From assembly GCA_032718475.1 (NCBI GenBank), contig JAUCBJ010007596.1:1-64000 (forward strand): a stretch of 64,000 nucleotides of DNA. Reading direction: 5' to 3'. Numbering within the stretch: position 1 is the first letter of the stretch; each line of letters opens with the position of its first letter. The translations under genes and the position numbers were made by a program. Below are positions 24,915 through 37,899 of the stretch, in pieces. Origin of the DNA: Nemertoderma westbladi. Its lineage: Eukaryota; Animalia; Xenacoelomorpha. The notes below the pieces were generated by a model. The model made no database searches. It saw only the letters and a list, made by a program, of their open reading frames with translations, and was not told the origin of the DNA.

Positions 24915-27900
24915 GGGGCGAGCCACGAAGTGAGTGAGCCTTAGCGTAGGGGTACCATTAATCAACCTGTGGGGCGAGCCACGAAGTGAGTGAGCCTTAG
25001 CGTAGGGGTACCATTAATCAACCTGTCGTTCTGTCGTTCTGTCGCGTTTTTTTTCAGTATTTTATTTTAAACGTTAATAACTCGGCCAATCCTTGATGAA
25101 ATCTATCCAAACTTGGTACACATGTTGTTTGGCAAAAGTTTGAAAATTTTCCAAGTAGAATTTGCCTGGGGCCTTCGTGCAGCATCAGTGTAACTGTTAT
25201 TGCAGTTATAATAAATTTATTTATCCAAATTTAAAATGCGTTAAATTATTATTACTGTAGGATAAATCAGCTGGGTTTCTGACAAATTTTGCAATACATA
25301 CATTTCCAATCTGCATGTACCATGTGTACCGGTACTGCCAGGCTGTACTCAATCCCTGAATCGAGAATCCTGCAATCAGTCAATACTGCAATACTGGTCA
25401 GCCGGTACCATACACTGCAGACATGCCATATCATGTAATCTAATTAAACATGGCCCCCGGCAACCCTTGCGGTGATTATAGTTTAGGCCTAATTAGCCCA
25501 GTACCGGCACCGGTAATAATAATATAATAGTTTAGATAGTTACCGCTAATCATTCAGTCATTGCTGCATTGGCACGGTACACTGTATTGCTGTACCGCCG
25601 TTGTAGTGCGCACCGTAGGTACCACCCTACTACCGGCACCGGCGACCGTTGGCAACTAGCACTTCAGCACTTTCACAGCAACAGCACTACCGGCGATATA
25701 CAGGTTGGAATTTATGTAGAGTTTGCTCAACAGTACAGATATAAAATAGTTATCTAAATTATATATATTACTATTGACAAGTATTGAAATATATACCGTT
25801 ATTCGTGTTATCAGTATTTGCAACATCTGACATTGAAGAGGTGAGAGAAGATGAATACCGGCACTCAACAAAACCAACGCTTATCACAGGTCGGTATGGT
25901 TACCTCGAAACCGGCGCGACTGTCCACTCGAATACAACTTCAAAACACAAACGCCAACAATAAACTGAAAGCGAATCGAACGTCTTCAGAAGAATCTGTC
26001 ATTGGGACGAAGAAAAGGAAGCCGAAACCACGGGAATGGACCACAGCTAAGATTGAATGCTCCCATTGTCAGAGTTCTTGGACCGAAATTGAAACACCAA
26101 TTGCCGATGGGCTTGATCTCTCAAACCAAAACTTCCTCTGCGGGGTTTGCGCGGCAGTAAAGATTGAAAGTCTGGAAGCTGGCATCCCTAGGTATTATTA
26201 TTATAAAGAGCGTCAGCCTGCGTTTAATAAATATATTTTAATACAAAACAGGTCGAACGCAATGAGGCTTATAATGAAGACGAGTACTGCATTGATTATA
26301 TTCCTATAAACCACCTGGCTTTGCATATTGAACGTGCGTTTGGAAATAAGTTCGTGCTACCCTTCCGTGGGTGGTAGATGTCGCGGTTATGTATTGGGGG
26401 GATGGGGGGGGGGGGGGGGGTGCAGATTAAAAGGGGTGAACACGTACTGTCCCCCTTTCTTTGATTAATTGGTGGTGTGGGTTAATCTCTCATAACCTGA
26501 TTTTGGGATACAGTCGCACAATTTTAATTTATATCTCATAACTGGGCCTCGTGCTGCGCGAAGGCCCCACCAATGTGTCGTTCTGTCGTTCTGTCGCGTT
26601 TTTTTTCAGTATTTTATTTTAAACGTTAATAACTCGGCCAATCCTTGATGAAATCTATCCAAACTTGGTACACATGTTGTTTGGCAAAAGTTTGCAAATT
26701 TTCCAAGTAGAATTTGCGTGGGGCCTTCGTGCAGCATCAGTGTAACTGTTATTGCAGTTATAATAAATTTATTTATCCAAATTTAAAATGCGTTAAATTA
26801 TTATTACTGTAGGATAAATCAGCTGGGTTTCTGACAAATTTTGCAATACGTTGGGGCTGTCTGCATGTACCATGTGTACCGGTACTGTCAGGCTGTACTC
26901 AATCCCTGAATCGAGAATCCTGCAATCAGTCAATACTGCAATACTGGTCAGCCGGTACCATACACTGCAGACATGCCATATCATGTAATCTAATTAAACA
27001 TGGCCCTGGCCTGGCAACCCTTGCGGTGATTATAGTTTAGGCCTAATAGCCCAGTACCGGCACCGGTAATAATAATATAATAGTTTAGATAGTTACCGCT
27101 AATCATTCAGTCATTGGCACGGTACACCGTATTGCTGTACTGCCGTTGTAGTGCGCACCGTAGGTACCACCCTACTACCGGTACCGGCTGACCGGTGGCA
27201 ACTAGCACTTCAGCACACTTGCACAGCACTGCAGCAACAGCACTACCGGCGATACACAGGTTGGAATTTATGTAGAGTTTGCTCAACAGTACAGATATAA
27301 AATAGTTATCTAAATTATATATATTACTATTGACAAGTATTGAAATATATACCGTTATTCGTGTTATCAGTATTTGCAACATCTGACATTGAAGAGGTGA
27401 GAGAAGATGAATACCGGCACTCAACAAAACCAACGCTTATCACAGGTCGGTATGGTTACCTCGAAACCGGCGCGACTGTCCACTCGAATACAACTTCAAA
27501 ACACAAACGCCAACAATAAACTGAAAGCGAATCGAACGTCTTCAGAAGAATCTGTCATTGGGACGAAGAAAAGGAAGCCGAAACCACGGGAATGGACCAC
27601 AGCTAAGATTGAATGCTCCCATTGTCAGAGTTCCTGGACCGAAATTGAAACACCAATTGCCGATGGGCTTGATCTCTCAAACCAAAACTTCCTCTGCGGG
27701 GTTTGCGTGGCAGTAAAGATTGAAAGTCTGGAAGCTGGCATCCCTAGGTATTATTATTATAAAGAGCGTCAGCCTGCGTTTAATAAATATATTTTAATAC
27801 AAAACAGGTCGAACGCAAAGAGGCTTATAATGAAGACGAGTACTGCATTGATTATATTCCTATAAACCACCTGGCTTTGCATATTGAACGTGCGTTTGGA

Positions 27901-28132
27901 AATAAGTTCGTGCTACCCTTCCGTGGGTGGTAGATGTCGCGGTTATGTATTGGTGGGTGGGGGGAGGGGGGGGGGGGTGCAGATTAAAAGGGGTGAACAC
28001 GTACTGTCCCCCTTTCTTTGATTAATTGGTGGTGTGGGTTAATCTCTCATAACCTGATTTTGTGATACAGTCGCACAATTTTAATTTGTATCTCATAACT
28101 GGGCCTCGTGCTGCGCGAAGGCCCCACGAACG
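24915..28132 (+). mobile_element. TGT-family element inserted in the Gypsy 5' LTR, itself containing a near-identical copy (24971-26575)
   Basis: Outer head 24915-24970, inner full copy 24971-26575, outer remainder 26579-28132. TGT at each junction. The two ~1.6-kb bodies are near-identical, with duplicated ORFs 25851-26309 and 27407-27865. Confidence 0.85.
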
Positions 28133-28585
28133 TGTTTTATTATCTTCTCTCTAGTGGTATATAAATGAAACTGTAAGTGAGATTACTAGATATATTTACA
28201 TGCGCCATCCTGCGGTTGATATTAGTATTTGTATTAGTCTAACAGAAGTACTGTTATGTGATGACAGTACTACCAACAACGGCTTATTGATTAAGAGGTG
28301 GTTTAGCGATTTGGCGCCAACTCTCAAAAAATTACCGTAGTAACTGCTTTACAGGTAAACAAGTTCATTTATACAACAGCCTAACTTGATATCTTGATCT
28401 ATCTATCTTGATATACACAGTATAACAACACAAATATATCATTCCGACAGTTATTCCTCCCAATATAATATTCAATGGTCTGTTTATTGGCTTAAAGGTT
28501 TATAGGCTTCCTGATTAACTTATTACGACAAATTAAACATAAAAATATTGGATAAATTTTAAATAAACATCAAAATAATGGATAG

Positions 28586-31098
28586 TACTCTACACGACGA
28601 ATCTGGACCGAACTGGATCGAAAGTGTGGCGAACTGGATGGAACTGGACCGCCAAATGAAAGATAATCTGAAAACAACCATCCTATGCAGACAAGTGAAA
28701 ATAAATATTGAATTATTGTGGTCGTTTCATTCGTTCCATTGTAAATTTAGTTGCTTTTAAGATGTCGCTAAATTAAGATTACTTGCTTCACATAAAACGC
28801 TGCTGTGCTGCTTTTACCAGTAGGCCAACCGGTAGCACGTACCTGCGTTTATAGATTGCAGTATTTTGGTACGTACTACTGTACTAAAAGGTAAAACGAT
28901 CTATAACGGGCTAGAACGATCTATAACGGGCTATAACTTCCTATAACAGGCTATAACCACCTATTACGAACTATAATATGAAAATTTACATAAAAAAACG
29001 CCACTTGGATGTGTTTAACTTTTGGATTACACGGTGGTCTGAAAAATACCGCAGGTTAAAAATTAGGGTAGGCCTATGCCTGATGCTGGTCAGTTTTTAT
29101 TGGCCTATCTTCCTATATTGCTCGCTATATTCTATATCAACCACAACAACACAAAGACTATACTGCTATATCAACGTACTACTATTTTACTTACCCCTTC
29201 CGCGTCTGCGTCTGGTACCATATAAGGCTTCTTATCGAACACACTAGAAACACTGACATATTTTGAAATTGATCGCCGTTATATCTCTACCGGTAAGATT
29301 TCCCATTCTCTTGGTTATATTTGAGATGTTCCTATAGTGCAGTGACGAGTCGGGAGAAACCCGGATGAGAGGAGAACGACAAGCAAACCAGGTCAGCCTT
29401 ACGTAGGTGATGATGCGCGAATAAACCTTGGGACGTGACCCCCACTACAACCGATGGGAAACAGTCAAGTCGAGCAGTCCATCCAAACAACGACGCGTAT
29501 AGAGAGACAATAAACTCATACGAGGAGGAAGCGCTGGTGTTTAAAATGCATAGTTGAAATAATGTAATGTAGACTAAGTGTAAATAAATTTGCGTTTCCA
29601 GCTATGATTTATTATAGTATTATTATTATACATTATTAATATTATTATTGTTAATATTATTGTTAATTTTTGCATATAGCTGAAGTTTTTTTTTTATTGT
29701 TTAGCACCAGTGATTATTTATTATTATCAACAATATATTATTATCATATTAATATTAGTATTACATTAAACCAATTATAATAATAGAGGTCTCCTTGAGT
29801 TTGTTGATAGCAGCAGGTTTACCTTCGGCTGTTGTCCCATTGTTTATACTGTTGGTTGCCGTTTCGAACTCGATTGGTTTCGGCGCTTTTGGTTTTGCTC
29901 CTTTCAGCGTCCAACGAAAGAACTCCGGGGCCTCTGAAAAGGCGCTAAGCACGCTCAGAGAGGTCGTGGCCTCTGAGCCCCGACCTATATATTTTATAGC
30001 TAAAGTTACAACAGCTAAATAAAATTATATTTTTGTATAATTGTAAATATATGTCAGAATGTTCTATTTTGTTATTTTCTCAAAATGTATCTCGTATAAA
30101 CTGGAACTAGGAGACATATCCCCGTTAAGCAGAACGTCCATTTCAATGAGAATGACAGACAAATTAACCCACAGTAGCATAATAACCTCGGCTTACAGCC
30201 ACCGTAATTATACAGGTTAATTTACTTCTGGAACGGCATCTGTGATTATTCAGTATTCACATTACTCAGTATTCGCTTCAGGTATTATTTCCGTATATTA
30301 ACTCTAGAATATGACAATATTGTTTGTATCCCTATGCTTTATACAGTGAGTGGGAATGTAATAAAGTTTAAAAATATCACCAGTAAAAGGTGTCGGGTTA
30401 TTTATGTTCTGGAACATACTGTACTGTCGACTACATATTAAATTTTCATGGTAGCTAGTGATATAAACATTTATGTGAGGGAGCTGCTTCTTGGGATCCA
30501 AAGGCCAAATGTGAAACAAATTTTTAAAATGTTATTACACTCATCTTTTACTATTAAACATAATAAAAACAACCATTAAAATGTACCAAAACAATCAACG
30601 CCAATACAATTAAAACTTCAAGCACGAATTAAAGCAGGAACAATCAAATTTAAATTATTTCATAATTAATTAATTAACACAATAAATTCAATATAAATTC
30701 ATTCCCACAGGGCGCAGGCTTCTGACCAAATTTGACAACAAATTGGAATTGGCCTCCCAATTTCGCGTCGCAGAGAATGTAGGTAGTCCGTACCAAACCC
30801 CAAGGCGATCCGGTCCGCCGCTAAACCCAGATCGCATTCCTCGTCGTCGTCGACGTATGTCTAACTCTTCCCGCCGCTCCAATTGTTATTCAAAAGTGAA
30901 AGGAAGGTCAAGACAAACCCAAAAATAGTATTTTTAAAATATTCTGACATTTGGTTTTCGATATATCGGCATTTTTCATTTTTTTGAAATAATACTGGTG
31001 GCAATTTTCAAAATTATGTGCCGGACAAAATTAAATCATGTCAAATTGTTATTCAAAATTGAAAGTTTCATCATAATACAATAATTAAATACAATCTA

Positions 31099-31129
<31 letters not shown>

Positions 31130-34100
31130 GTGAGGATACCACGGACTATGAGATAGTAGGCCTACTTACTGCTGTAAGGTAAGTCAGGCTGATTTGACTG
31201 GTACATATATATTTGGGATGCCATCCCATTGATTATTATTATTATTATTATATGGGGGTTATGGAGATTATATACCTTCCTCTTATTCACATATGGCGCA
31301 GTTTGTAGTTGATCCTACGCAAAGTACCAACAAACTCATCAAGACACTCATGCCTACAGGTATTTACCGGTACCATTTATAAATTCGGGACTCTGGTTCA
31401 CCATGCAGCGTGGGCGGTCTGGCAAGAAGGTACGCCCAGGCCAAGAGCAGTCTGACTCTGGAAGTGACGCTGAAACTGTGGCTGCAACAGGAGGATTTGT
31501 TTTCGCCGCTCTTACACACATGTTTCAGGAGCAACTAGCGGCTCAAAATACTGCCTCTGAACGGCGGCGCCTGGCCGAAATCCAGGGTGCTGCCCTCGAG
31601 CCACAAACTGTGGCCCATGAACGCATTGCTCATCTACTTGCTACCATACAGCAACAACATGTGGAACCGACTCAACCAGTGCTGAATTGCCAGGCGACCA
31701 ATGCCGACCTCCCAAAACGACGCACCATCGATATTAAGGATATCAACAAACTTGGAGATGATGTCGACCTCCCCACATTCCGGAAGTGGTGGAAGTCCTG
31801 GGATGTTAGGATATTCAGCAAACCCTAGAGATCACTCTCCACATCGACCTCAACTCCGATGATACAATGATGGCGATAATACTCGACACTCTTCAGGCTC
31901 ACCTCCACGCCAAACGATCAATTGCTCTAGATCGGATCAAGTTCCACAGCGCTACTCTGGGGCCCAACCAGTCATTTGAATCTTTTAGGCAACCCCTTGA
32001 GGAGTTGGCTGATAATGCAGAGATGTGCATACACTGCAGACAGGACCCAATCGTAACTCGGATTATAATCGGGATTTGATCCTCAGAGATCCGGACTAAA
32101 CTCCTCCGCATACTTCCTGCTCCAACCCTGGAAAATGCCACCACAATCTGCCAATCTATGGAATCGAGTGAAAGAAATGAATCTATATTTGGAAGTGGAC
32201 GTCCCATTCAGCAGATTTCTCGGACAGGCCAATATCAATGGGGACGGAGTTTATCAAATCCTCGTGATCATAACCACGGTCGCTCACCAAGCTCGGAACG
32301 CGCTGGTTCTTGCAGAAATTGCGGTCACCCCTATAATCTAGGGAGATCCCACTGCCCTGCACGAGAATCGAAATGTGGTGGATGTGGGAAACGGGAGCAT
32401 TTCAGACGCGTATGCCGGAGCTCGAAAGCCAACCCACGCCCAATGGACTCTAAACCTACAGGTAACGTTTCTAATCTAAACACTGTTCTTCCACCATGTG
32501 CTGGAATAAACCATGTTTAGGTTCAGTCTACCAAACATGTTTCTTCCACCATATGCGACCTGCGATACAACCAGGTTACAGTTCATGATGGGAAAACGGG
32601 ACAGTGGCTTCAGTCGATTAAAGCCCCCCCAGACAGTGGTGCGGCTGCTTCAATCATAAGTTGGAAAGTTTTTGCTATTATGGTGGATGCCCAATCGGAA
32701 CTAATACCCACGCCAGGTGCGGATCTCCTTGCTGCTGATGGCCTTCCGCTTCAGATCCTCGAAAAACTACCTGTCTGCCTTTCTTATTCCAGTGCAACCT
32801 GCGACACCAAACTCTTTGTCTCAGAGGAAACTCAGGGATGCATCCTACCCCGACAAACTTCGCAGGTCCTAGGAATTCTCCCAGCTACATTTCCCCGGTG
32901 TATCGATGCTGTAGAGTTCCCAATACACTCAATCCACCCAGGTGATATTCCTCAGCTCAAGCAAAAGTTGATGAGCGAATTTGCAGGAGTTTTTCACGAA
33001 TCTGATAAACCTCTCCCTACGATGGATGGTCCCCCAATGCGGATAACTCTTAAGGAGGGAGCCCAACCCCTCCATATCAATGGGGCGCGACCCATTCCCT
33101 TTGTTCTCATGGATGAGGTAAAACAACTCCTCGGCGGCATGGAACAACCCCAAGTCATTGCCAAGATATCTGAGCCAACTGAGTGGGCTCATCCAATGAC
33201 TGTGGCTCGGAAACGAAGTGGGAAGCTGCGGCTTAGTGTAGACCTCTAACACCTCAACCACCAGGTCAAACCACCAGGTCTTGTACAGTCATTAACAGCA
33301 TCCCAAGCTCTGCCAAATATTTTTCTGTATTTGATGCAGCTTACGGATATTGGCAGGTGCCACAGAGTCGCAGCTCCTAACAACTTTCACAACACATTGG
33401 GGTCGTTATATCCATCACCGCAGTGTCATGGGTCTCATATCCAGTGGAGATGAATTTAGTCGCCGTAGGGATGATGCTGTCCGTGGGTTACCCAATCTCT
33501 TATAGATAGTAGACGATGTTCTCTTGTACCATGACACACTGGAGCAACACATTGCTGGAGTATGCAATTTTCTCCAAAGGTGTCGTGAACATAATATCAC
33601 TCTTCATCCTGGGAAAGTCCAATTTGCTCTTTCTTAGGTCAAGTTTTCAGGCTATCTTGTTGGGTCATCTGGAATACACGCTGACCCCACTAAGACCCAG
33701 GCAATATCCTCATTTCCACGTCCAACAAATATAACCGAACTTAGATCATTTGTGGGTCTGGTTGAGCAATTGGCTCCTTTTTTACAGGACATAGCATCAA
33801 CACTATCACCTCTTCGTCCACTTCTCAGCACAAAGAAGAAAACTTTCCCCTTATGTGTTTAACACAATCTGGAAAAAAGGTAATCCCACCCCAGCCTATA
33901 TCACAGATGATGGTGAAACCTCGCACTGCATTCAGGCTGTCACATCCCATGCCGCTAATCTCTTAGGGTCCCTTGGGTCAAATCCCCCTATACTGGATTC
34001 GGAGATACCAGCGCACCTGGCTGACCCAGTACTCACTTCACTGTTTAAGTCAGCTCGGGAGGACCCTGATTATGTAACCCTTCTAGAAGCTGTTCATTCT

Positions 34101-36190
34101 GGTTTCCAACCTTCTTCACGATCTCACCCTGGAGTTGCTCCATTCTGGTAAATCTGGGATGATCTTACCACAGATCAAGATCTGGTACTATATAGGATAG
34201 TGATTCCTAAATCCTGGAGAAGGGAAACCCTCATTAAACTCCATGCTGCCCACCAGGGTGTATCACGTACCCTCCAGCATGCAAGGTAGGTTATTTACTG
34301 GCCAGGGATCACCTCTGACTTTCACAACACAGTGAGCTCATGCGCGAAATGCCTCAACTTTCAACCCAGTCATCCAAAGGAGCCCCTCCTCAACGACCCA
34401 CTGCCAATGAGGCCCTTTGAAGACATATCCGGAGACTTTTATTTGCTCGATGGACACGACTTTCTGGCCACTTTCTGACCGGTATTCAGGCTGGCCTGTG
34501 GTGTTCCCTTTTGCAAACCCACCAACAGCCAATAAAACAGCCTCCTGTCTACGGAACAAATTTATACAATATGGTGTCCCAGCATGGTTCCGTTCTGATG
34601 GAGTTTCTCGACTTCCTGGAGTTGTTGTTGTTGTGGGGTGTTACCCCAGTCCGGTCCAGCCCAGAGAACCCGCAGAGTAATGGCCATGCTGAATCTGCTG
34701 TAAAGGCCATTAAACACCTCACTAAAACGGGTGGCAATATAAACTCTGATGAATTCCAAAAAGGTCTGCTGGAACTTTGTAACTCTCCCCATGGTAGCGG
34801 TCAATCACCAGCTCAGATATTGTATGGGCACCCCATGCGTACTCGTGTGCCCTCACACAGCCGAGCATTCTTAACCACACATCAGGAAACCCGTACTCGT
34901 TTAGATGCAGTGGCCCCAGAATTCCAAGAAAAGGCCACGGCCTACTACAACGGAGGGAAGAAACCTCTGCTGGAATTATCAGTACAAACCCCAGTTCTAA
35001 TTCAGAACCCTTCTACCAAGAGATGGGACCGCATGGGAACTGTAGTGGAGTGCTCTCCATATCGCGCTTACAAAGACGGGGTGTCTGGTCGAATCCTCAC
35101 GCGCAACCGCCGTCTCCTTGAAGAACACCGCAATGGTTAGTGACAGTACTCCCATTGGGGAAATAGACACAACACCACCAACACCTCCTCGGACAAACAC
35201 TCCCAACACACTTCGCTGGGATCCGAACCTTTTTTCAATGCAGCTAATCCCAGCTAGGAGAAAGAATACCCGACTCGTTCACGTCGGTCCTCTGACAGAC
35301 TTGTGGTTCAAAAATAAGCTCGTTGCATAGCAACAAGCTAGAGAGGGGGTGTGAGGATACCACGGACTATGAGACAGTACTTACTGCTGTATGGTAAGTC
35401 AGGCTGATTTGTCTGGTACATATATATTGGGGATGCGATTGTATTTAATGCTACTACAACTACGATTATTACTACGATTAAACTTTGACTTTTAAATAAC
35501 AATTGGACATGATGATGTAATTTTTTCCAGCACATAATTTTGAAAAGTGCCGCCGTTATTTTTTCAAAAAATGAAAAATGCCGATATCTCGAAACCCAAA
35601 AGTCAGAATATTTTAAAAATACTATTTTTGGGATTGTCTTGAGCTTAATTTCACTTTTGAATATGGACATGGTGATTCAATTTTTTCAGGCACATAATTT
35701 TGAAAAGTGCCGGTATTTTTTCAAAAATTGAAAAATGGCAATATCTCGAAAACCAAAAGACAGAATATTTTAAATTTACTATTTTTGTGTTTATCTTGAC
35801 CTGACTTTTAATTTTGAATAACAATCGGACATGGTGATTTAATTTTTTCAGGCACATAATTTTGAAAATTGCCGGTATTTTTTCAAAAAATGCAAAATGA
35901 AACATGCTGACGCGCGACTGGCAGACTGGTAAAAGCTGTGAATAGCAGCTGTGTTAAGAAGAAACTAATCTTAATTTAGCGATATTTTAAAAGCAACTAA
36001 ATTTACAATGTGTGAAAAGCCCAAATGAAATTCAATATTAATTTTCGCCCATGTGAAGAATACCAGGATTTCACTTTTCGGTCGACGTTTGAATGGAATT
36101 TTATATATGAAGATTTATCATTTTTTTTAATTTATCTTTATTAAGTTCGCCACATTTTCGATCCAGTTCGGTCCAGATTCGTGTAGAGTA
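28586..36190. mobile_element. Large DNA element with long (~250-bp) imperfect TIRs, enclosing a Gypsy element
   Basis: TACTCTACACG..GAATCTGGACCGAACTGGATCGAAA at 28586 is inverted to 36140-36190. 28741-28820 is inverted to 35925-36006. Further inverted similarity between 30900-31096 and 35437-35900. Confidence 0.6.
31129..35436 (+). mobile_element. Degenerate Gypsy LTR retrotransposon
   Basis: 5' LTR 31129-31291 (TGTGAGGATACCACGG...CACA), PBS TGGCGCAG at 31294, PPT GAGAGGGGG and truncated 3' LTR 35350-35436. Fragmented gag (CRNCG..C, CGGCGKREHFRRVC), protease PDSGA, RT and integrase (PQSNGHAESAVK) with many stops and frameshifts. Confidence 0.9.
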
Positions 36191-36270
36191 CAGTACTGTA
36201 CTATTCCAAAATAATCTGAATAGTAATAAACTTTATTGTCAACTTCCGATCAATTCTGGAAAACTATAAC

Positions 36271-37239
36271 ATGGCTCAACAAGTTTTCTATAGAGATGCG
36301 GTTGACATTCCATGGCCTGACCATGGGGACTCTGATGTTACCCCTGACAACCGAATGGTTTCACTTAGAAGATGGTGGGTTGGAGTTGTTGGTGGTATTA
36401 TCATTGTGTTGCTAGTGGGAGCGGCGTTAGCAACATTGTTTGTTATAATGTCAACCAAATCCACCACAGATGAATTGGAAAACCAGATTGCAATTCACAA
36501 TAACAATGTTGTGGAACATATTGGGAAAATAGATGAAAGTATTGGTGATCTGAAGGAAACAAATAAGAACTTATTGAAAAAGTTGTCGCAGCTTCACCCT
36601 GTTTTAGTTTGTTTAAATACTGAAGTAAACACTGTCGCCATCGTCAACTATATTAATGGACTCAATGGACTCATTCGATGCGACAACACAGTCCCTGGCG
36701 GGGCCGGGCCCTGGGCGGTGATACAAAGACGCGTAGATGGATCAGAAGATTTCTTCCGCGATTGGGACAGTTACGTCTCCGGCTTTGGAGATGTGGAGAC
36801 GGAGTTCTTTCTGGGATTAGAAAATATTCACAAACTTACCAAAGATGGCGCCGTCGTACGGGTCGATCTGTGGTACCAAGGTGAACACAAGTTTGCTGAG
36901 TACCAAAACTTTAGTATTGGAGGTCCTAAGGATAATTACGCGCTAGATATATCTGGGTATAGCGGCACGGCTGGTGACTCTATACTCTATGGGAGCCCCG
37001 ATACCGATGAGAACATCTATGGATCGTCATTCTCGACTCACGATAGAGATAACGATGCTACTCCAGGTAACTGTGCTGCCGTCCACAAAGCGGGTTGGTG
37101 GTATCGGAGATGCTCCGCCTCAAATATAAACGGCGTCTACGGAGGAGAGTTTACAGAGGGACCGTATTGGTTCACATTCACAGAGAGTTACGTTCCGATG
37201 GATAAAGTGGAGATCAAGATTGGAGTAGTAAATCCATAA
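36271..37239 (+). CDS. Fibrinogen-related domain protein (FReD), type II membrane topology (FIBCD1/ficolin-like), intronless
   Basis: N-terminal tail, hydrophobic TM segment (WWVGVVGGIIIVLLVGAALATLFVIM), coiled-coil stalk, and FBG domain motifs WAVIQRRVDGS, FFRDW..Y..GFG, EFFLGLENIH, FSTHDRDND, NCA...GWWYRRC. Confidence 0.92.
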   Translation: MAQQVFYRDAVDIPWPDHGDSDVTPDNRMVSLRRWWVGVVGGIIIVLLVGAALATLFVIMSTKSTTDELENQIAIHNNNVVEHIGKIDESIGDLKETNKNLLKKLSQLHPVLVCLNTEVNTVAIVNYINGLNGLIRCDNTVPGGAGPWAVIQRRVDGSEDFFRDWDSYVSGFGDVETEFFLGLENIHKLTKDGAVVRVDLWYQGEHKFAEYQNFSIGGPKDNYALDISGYSGTAGDSILYGSPDTDENIYGSSFSTHDRDNDATPGNCAAVHKAGWWYRRCSASNINGVYGGEFTEGPYWFTFTESYVPMDKVEIKIGVVNP

Positions 37240-37899
37240 TCGCCAAACATTAACTATACCGACAATTCGTGTGTTTAGTATTTTAGTATAACAAATAATT
37301 GTACAGTAGTAAAGAACTACCTTAATTGGTAGTTTACATTGAGTCATAACAATTCAGAAAACTATTATAGATATTGTTATATACAATCAAAACTTCCTCT
37401 TAACTGGGTAAGGTGGGTAAGGTCTGGCTATGATATTATTGCTAATTGATTGCTTGAATGGTGAAAATAAAAAGTGAATTACATTGAGAGTACCATGACA
37501 TGGAGCGGGGAGGATATCTAAAAATACTTAACATACTGCCCAGATCTGGCAATGCTTACTTTCAGATAGGGTGGAAAACTGGACGCAATAAAAATTCATG
37601 CCTCTCCGGGGGAAATTGGACACAAATAACAGGTGGTTACTCTCAAGAATAAAACTGTAACCTGTTCTATTGTGTTTAGTTTATTGTTTTGGTTAAAATA
37701 ACGTGCCATTGTAACCTGCTCCTTTACCTAAATTGAGAATTTAACATTGAGTCGGGATATTAATTCGCCAAGATGGGATTTGCGTACAGTCCCCCCACCC
37801 CCCTGTCTCATTACTTTATTATAAATGAATTAATCATAAGTTTTATTTGTTCGATCGATTTATTGCTCTTGGGTTTACCTTTCTTCAGCCCAACAGCGA

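Larger units (their letters stand above)
18105..28244 (-). mobile_element. Gypsy/Ty3 LTR retrotransposon (Mag-like) with two nested insertion sites
   Basis: 146-bp LTRs TGT...ACA (18105-18250; 24878-24914 plus 28136-28244), TSD GAAGT, PBS TGGCGCTGCGAG (tRNA-Ser-like) at 24865-24876 on minus, PPT GAGGGGG next to 18250, gag-pol order PR-RT-RH-IN. Confidence 0.95.
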
